From positions 79,484,001 to 79,548,000 of the forward strand of contig OZ024740.1 in the NCBI GenBank assembly GCA_964016885.1: 64,000 nucleotides of DNA, given 5' to 3'. The notes beneath the pieces were generated by a model. That model was not told where the DNA came from and did no database searches. It saw only the letters and a list, made by a program, of their open reading frames with translations. This document shows positions 61,330-64,000 of this stretch, piece by piece. The translations under genes were made by a program, and so were the position numbers. The DNA comes from Eledone cirrhosa. Taxonomy: Eukaryota. Positions within the stretch are counted from its first letter, which is position 1. Every line of letters begins with the position of its first letter.

Positions 61330-61612
61330 AGAGACTGAGTATAAGAGGAATGAAATGTAGTATGCAAGAGAGAATATTGCACTGGTATGAATACATTTAC
61401 AGATAATGGTTTGATGAAGTGTCAAGCATTCCAATTGAAAGGAAGCCATAGATGAGTAAGACCAAAGAAAACTTTGTCAGAGGTTTGTGAGATCAGATCT
61501 CAGGATGCTGAAGCTCACAAAAGAGATGACAAAAGAAAGAGATAAGTGTAGAGATGCTGTACTAGATAAGACTTGTCCAATCCATGTAAGCATTGAAAAA
61601 CAGTTGTAATGA
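61330..61612 (+). mobile_element. Decayed RTE 3' fragment
   Basis: Similar to the family B C-terminus and tail. Confidence 0.55.
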
Positions 61613-62028
61613 TTTGTATGGTGTCAGTAAAATGATTGAGTTCTTAAATATATAGTAATTATACAAGAGAGAACAACCAGACATCTTCATATTTCAATTT
61701 AACAGGAAATGTGCTTTATTCTTCTATATGTTGGAATATTTTCATTGTGTACTCTCTGGTCTTGAATAATTGTCACCGCATCGCCACCCCTGTTTATTAA
61801 TTGTTCAGATTTTTTCCAACCCTTGCCCTCGCTCTTATTCCACCCATCCCCACCTCCATGCTTATTAAATTTTGCTAATCTATCTTCAGCAAAATTTTAT
61901 TTTAAGTGGTAGCATTCCAGCAACAATTATTATTCTTTTTACATTAAAAAACATTATACATGACCAAAAAAGTACATTACTAGAATCCCATACGTTATAA
62001 AATATACAGGATGGGTTTGGGGTCTCAA

Positions 62029-62192
62029 TCATCATCATCCTCATCATCATTGTTTAACGTCCGTGTTCCACGCTTGCATGGGTTTGGACGGGGGTTTTCC
62101 CACTTGAGGCAAGAGTGATTATCTTGCTCGCATAGGACTATCTGGCGGGTTTTCTACAGCTGGATGCCCATCCTAACACCAACCACATTTAC
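62029..62192 (-). mobile_element. RTE 3'-tail fragment
   Basis: (CAT)n, AACGTCC...GCATGGG and GGATGCCCATCCTAACACC. Similar short tails lie near 2420, 18330, 29345 and 61180. Confidence 0.8.
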
Positions 62193-63360
62193 AACAATAT
62201 GTAAACTAAATGATTTTAAAAAATCAACAGGAACAAACTAGAAAAAGAACCGATTTTCCAACCCCCACCTATTATTTAGGAGGGGGGAGGGGTAAATTTT
62301 CAAAAAAGTTAACTGTTCAATAGAAAAAAAAAATCGACTAAAATTATGAAGTTCTTTTTAAGTAGTTCCATCACTACTTTGACGCTATAAAATCGCGTGT
62401 GGTTCTGGAAATGTTTAACCCTTTCATTTTCATATTTCTAATGAAAGACACTGCTGGTGTCTGGAACATAAAATTATGGTGGTAGGGTGAATTCAAATAT
62501 ATACACTTTATGAATTCTTGCAATCACCATTTTTTATGTCCACTTTTTCATGCTGACAGGAATTGGGCAGGGATATCTTTTCCCTCTAAGACGAGAGCTA
62601 ACCCTTATTTGCATTTCTATGTAAAGTTCTGATGAAACCACTGAGCTGCTAAACATTGTTTAGGCTGGACATAAACAAATACCACCATCAGTGCAAGCAG
62701 TGTCAAATGCAAAATCATAGACACACAAACTACAAAACCATATATGGAGTTCTGGCATTGTTTACTGTATGTAGTAACCATGATAGTTGAGACTCCAGAA
62801 TCTGATATCTATGAGTAGATATGAAAGTTTTAATAACTTATCTGTGAGAATCTTTGTTAATTCTAGCAAATACAAACCAATAAATCTTATGAAATTCAAT
62901 TGTAAATCTGACATCAGAGATCATTCAAAGTGTTATACCTAAATCAGTCCACATAGTAGCAGTATTGTATGTAATATCATATCATATTGTATTGTCTGCT
63001 GACTTATAATGCTATGTTATATGATACACACTTTAAAGACTATTTCTGGTAGGGTTATATATCCAAACTGAAATTATTAAATTTGTAAGTGAGAAGAAAT
63101 ATAAATAAAACAAAAGCAATGTTATATTTCAAAGAATAAGTTTTGTGGAATGGCCATTAATACAAGACGATCGATAATAACTGACAAAATGATTTATTGA
63201 CCAACTTGTCTGCTGTAGCATCTCCCAATTCTCTTTCTACCAATTCATTTATATGTTTATATATTATACACATACACACACTGTTGGTTGGCCTTGGCTG
63301 GCAGTACAGAATTGCAGTCTCAAGTCACATCATATTACTGGTGGCTGTTAACTTCACAAG

Positions 63361-64000
63361 GGAAAAATTAGAAATAAGAGGGATTAGATGTTATTTACTC
63401 GAGAGAAGGCTACGTTGGTATGGTCACGTGATGCGCATGAAAGACGACAGCTGTATAAAAAAGTGCAGGGCAATAAAAATAGACGGTAGCCACGGAGTAG
63501 GCAGACCCAGAAAAACCTGGGACGACCTGATAAGTTCCGACCTCACACACTTACACCTCTCCAAGACAATGTCACTGGACTGAGATCTTTGGCGGTACTC
63601 AGTAATAGAGAAGACCCGCCTTACCTAAGTACAAAGTAAAACCTACTACAGTCAGTAGGCATCTCTAACAAAATACACCCCCGTCCCACCACCCCCACCC
63701 CATCCACACCGCCCCTTTCAATGTAAAGTTATGTTGGTGCCACAACATCCAGGCCGAAACAAATGAGGTCGTGTAGGTGTCACAACAAAAAAACACAGTC
63801 CACGCTGTAATGTGGCCGTGTAGGTAACATGGTAAAAACCTCCCAGTCCCACACTGTAAATGTGGTTGGTGTTAGGAAGGGCATCCAGCGGTAGAAAACA
63901 TGCCAGGTAGTCCTATGCGAGCAAGACAACCACTCTTGCCTCAAGTGGGAAAACTCCCGTCCAAACCCATGCAAGCGTGGAATATGGACGTTAAACGATG
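63361..64000 (+). mobile_element. RTE family C 3' fragment running to the window edge
   Basis: IRGIRCYLLERRLRWYGHVMRMKDDSCIKKC followed by the 3' UTR. Confidence 0.9.

Overview
This is AT-rich, repeat-saturated animal DNA with no recognisable host protein-coding exon. The repeat complement suggests a cephalopod such as Octopus (inference): RTE LINEs with (ATG)n tails, tRNA-derived SINEs, Penelope remnants in (TA)n, and many CA/CT/TA microsatellites. It contains a frameshifted Buster/Charlie hAT transposase, hAT, piggyBac-like and Tc1-like MITEs, and non-autonomous Helitrons. It also contains a young 5'-truncated RTE LINE with an open 787-aa RT ORF carrying a PHD-like finger, many other RTE fragments, a GIY-YIG Penelope element with inverted arms, a CRE-type endonuclease remnant, and several minisatellites. 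The best leads are five. (1) A strong AG|GTAAGT recursive-splice-site candidate with a stop-filled cryptic exon at 30.4 kb, suggesting the window lies in a long + strand intron. (2) Two families of minimal hammerhead ribozyme motifs, one with a non-canonical core. (3) A stack of three different SINE variants at one self-regenerating target site. (4) A SINE whose tail is spliced together from two RTE families. (5) An iterated, covarying double-hairpin module in RTE 3' UTRs. Most short ORFs in the track are antisense or microsatellite artefacts. Family labels (RTE A/B/C, SINE A/B) are my own. Boundaries were read by eye and are approximate unless termini are quoted.
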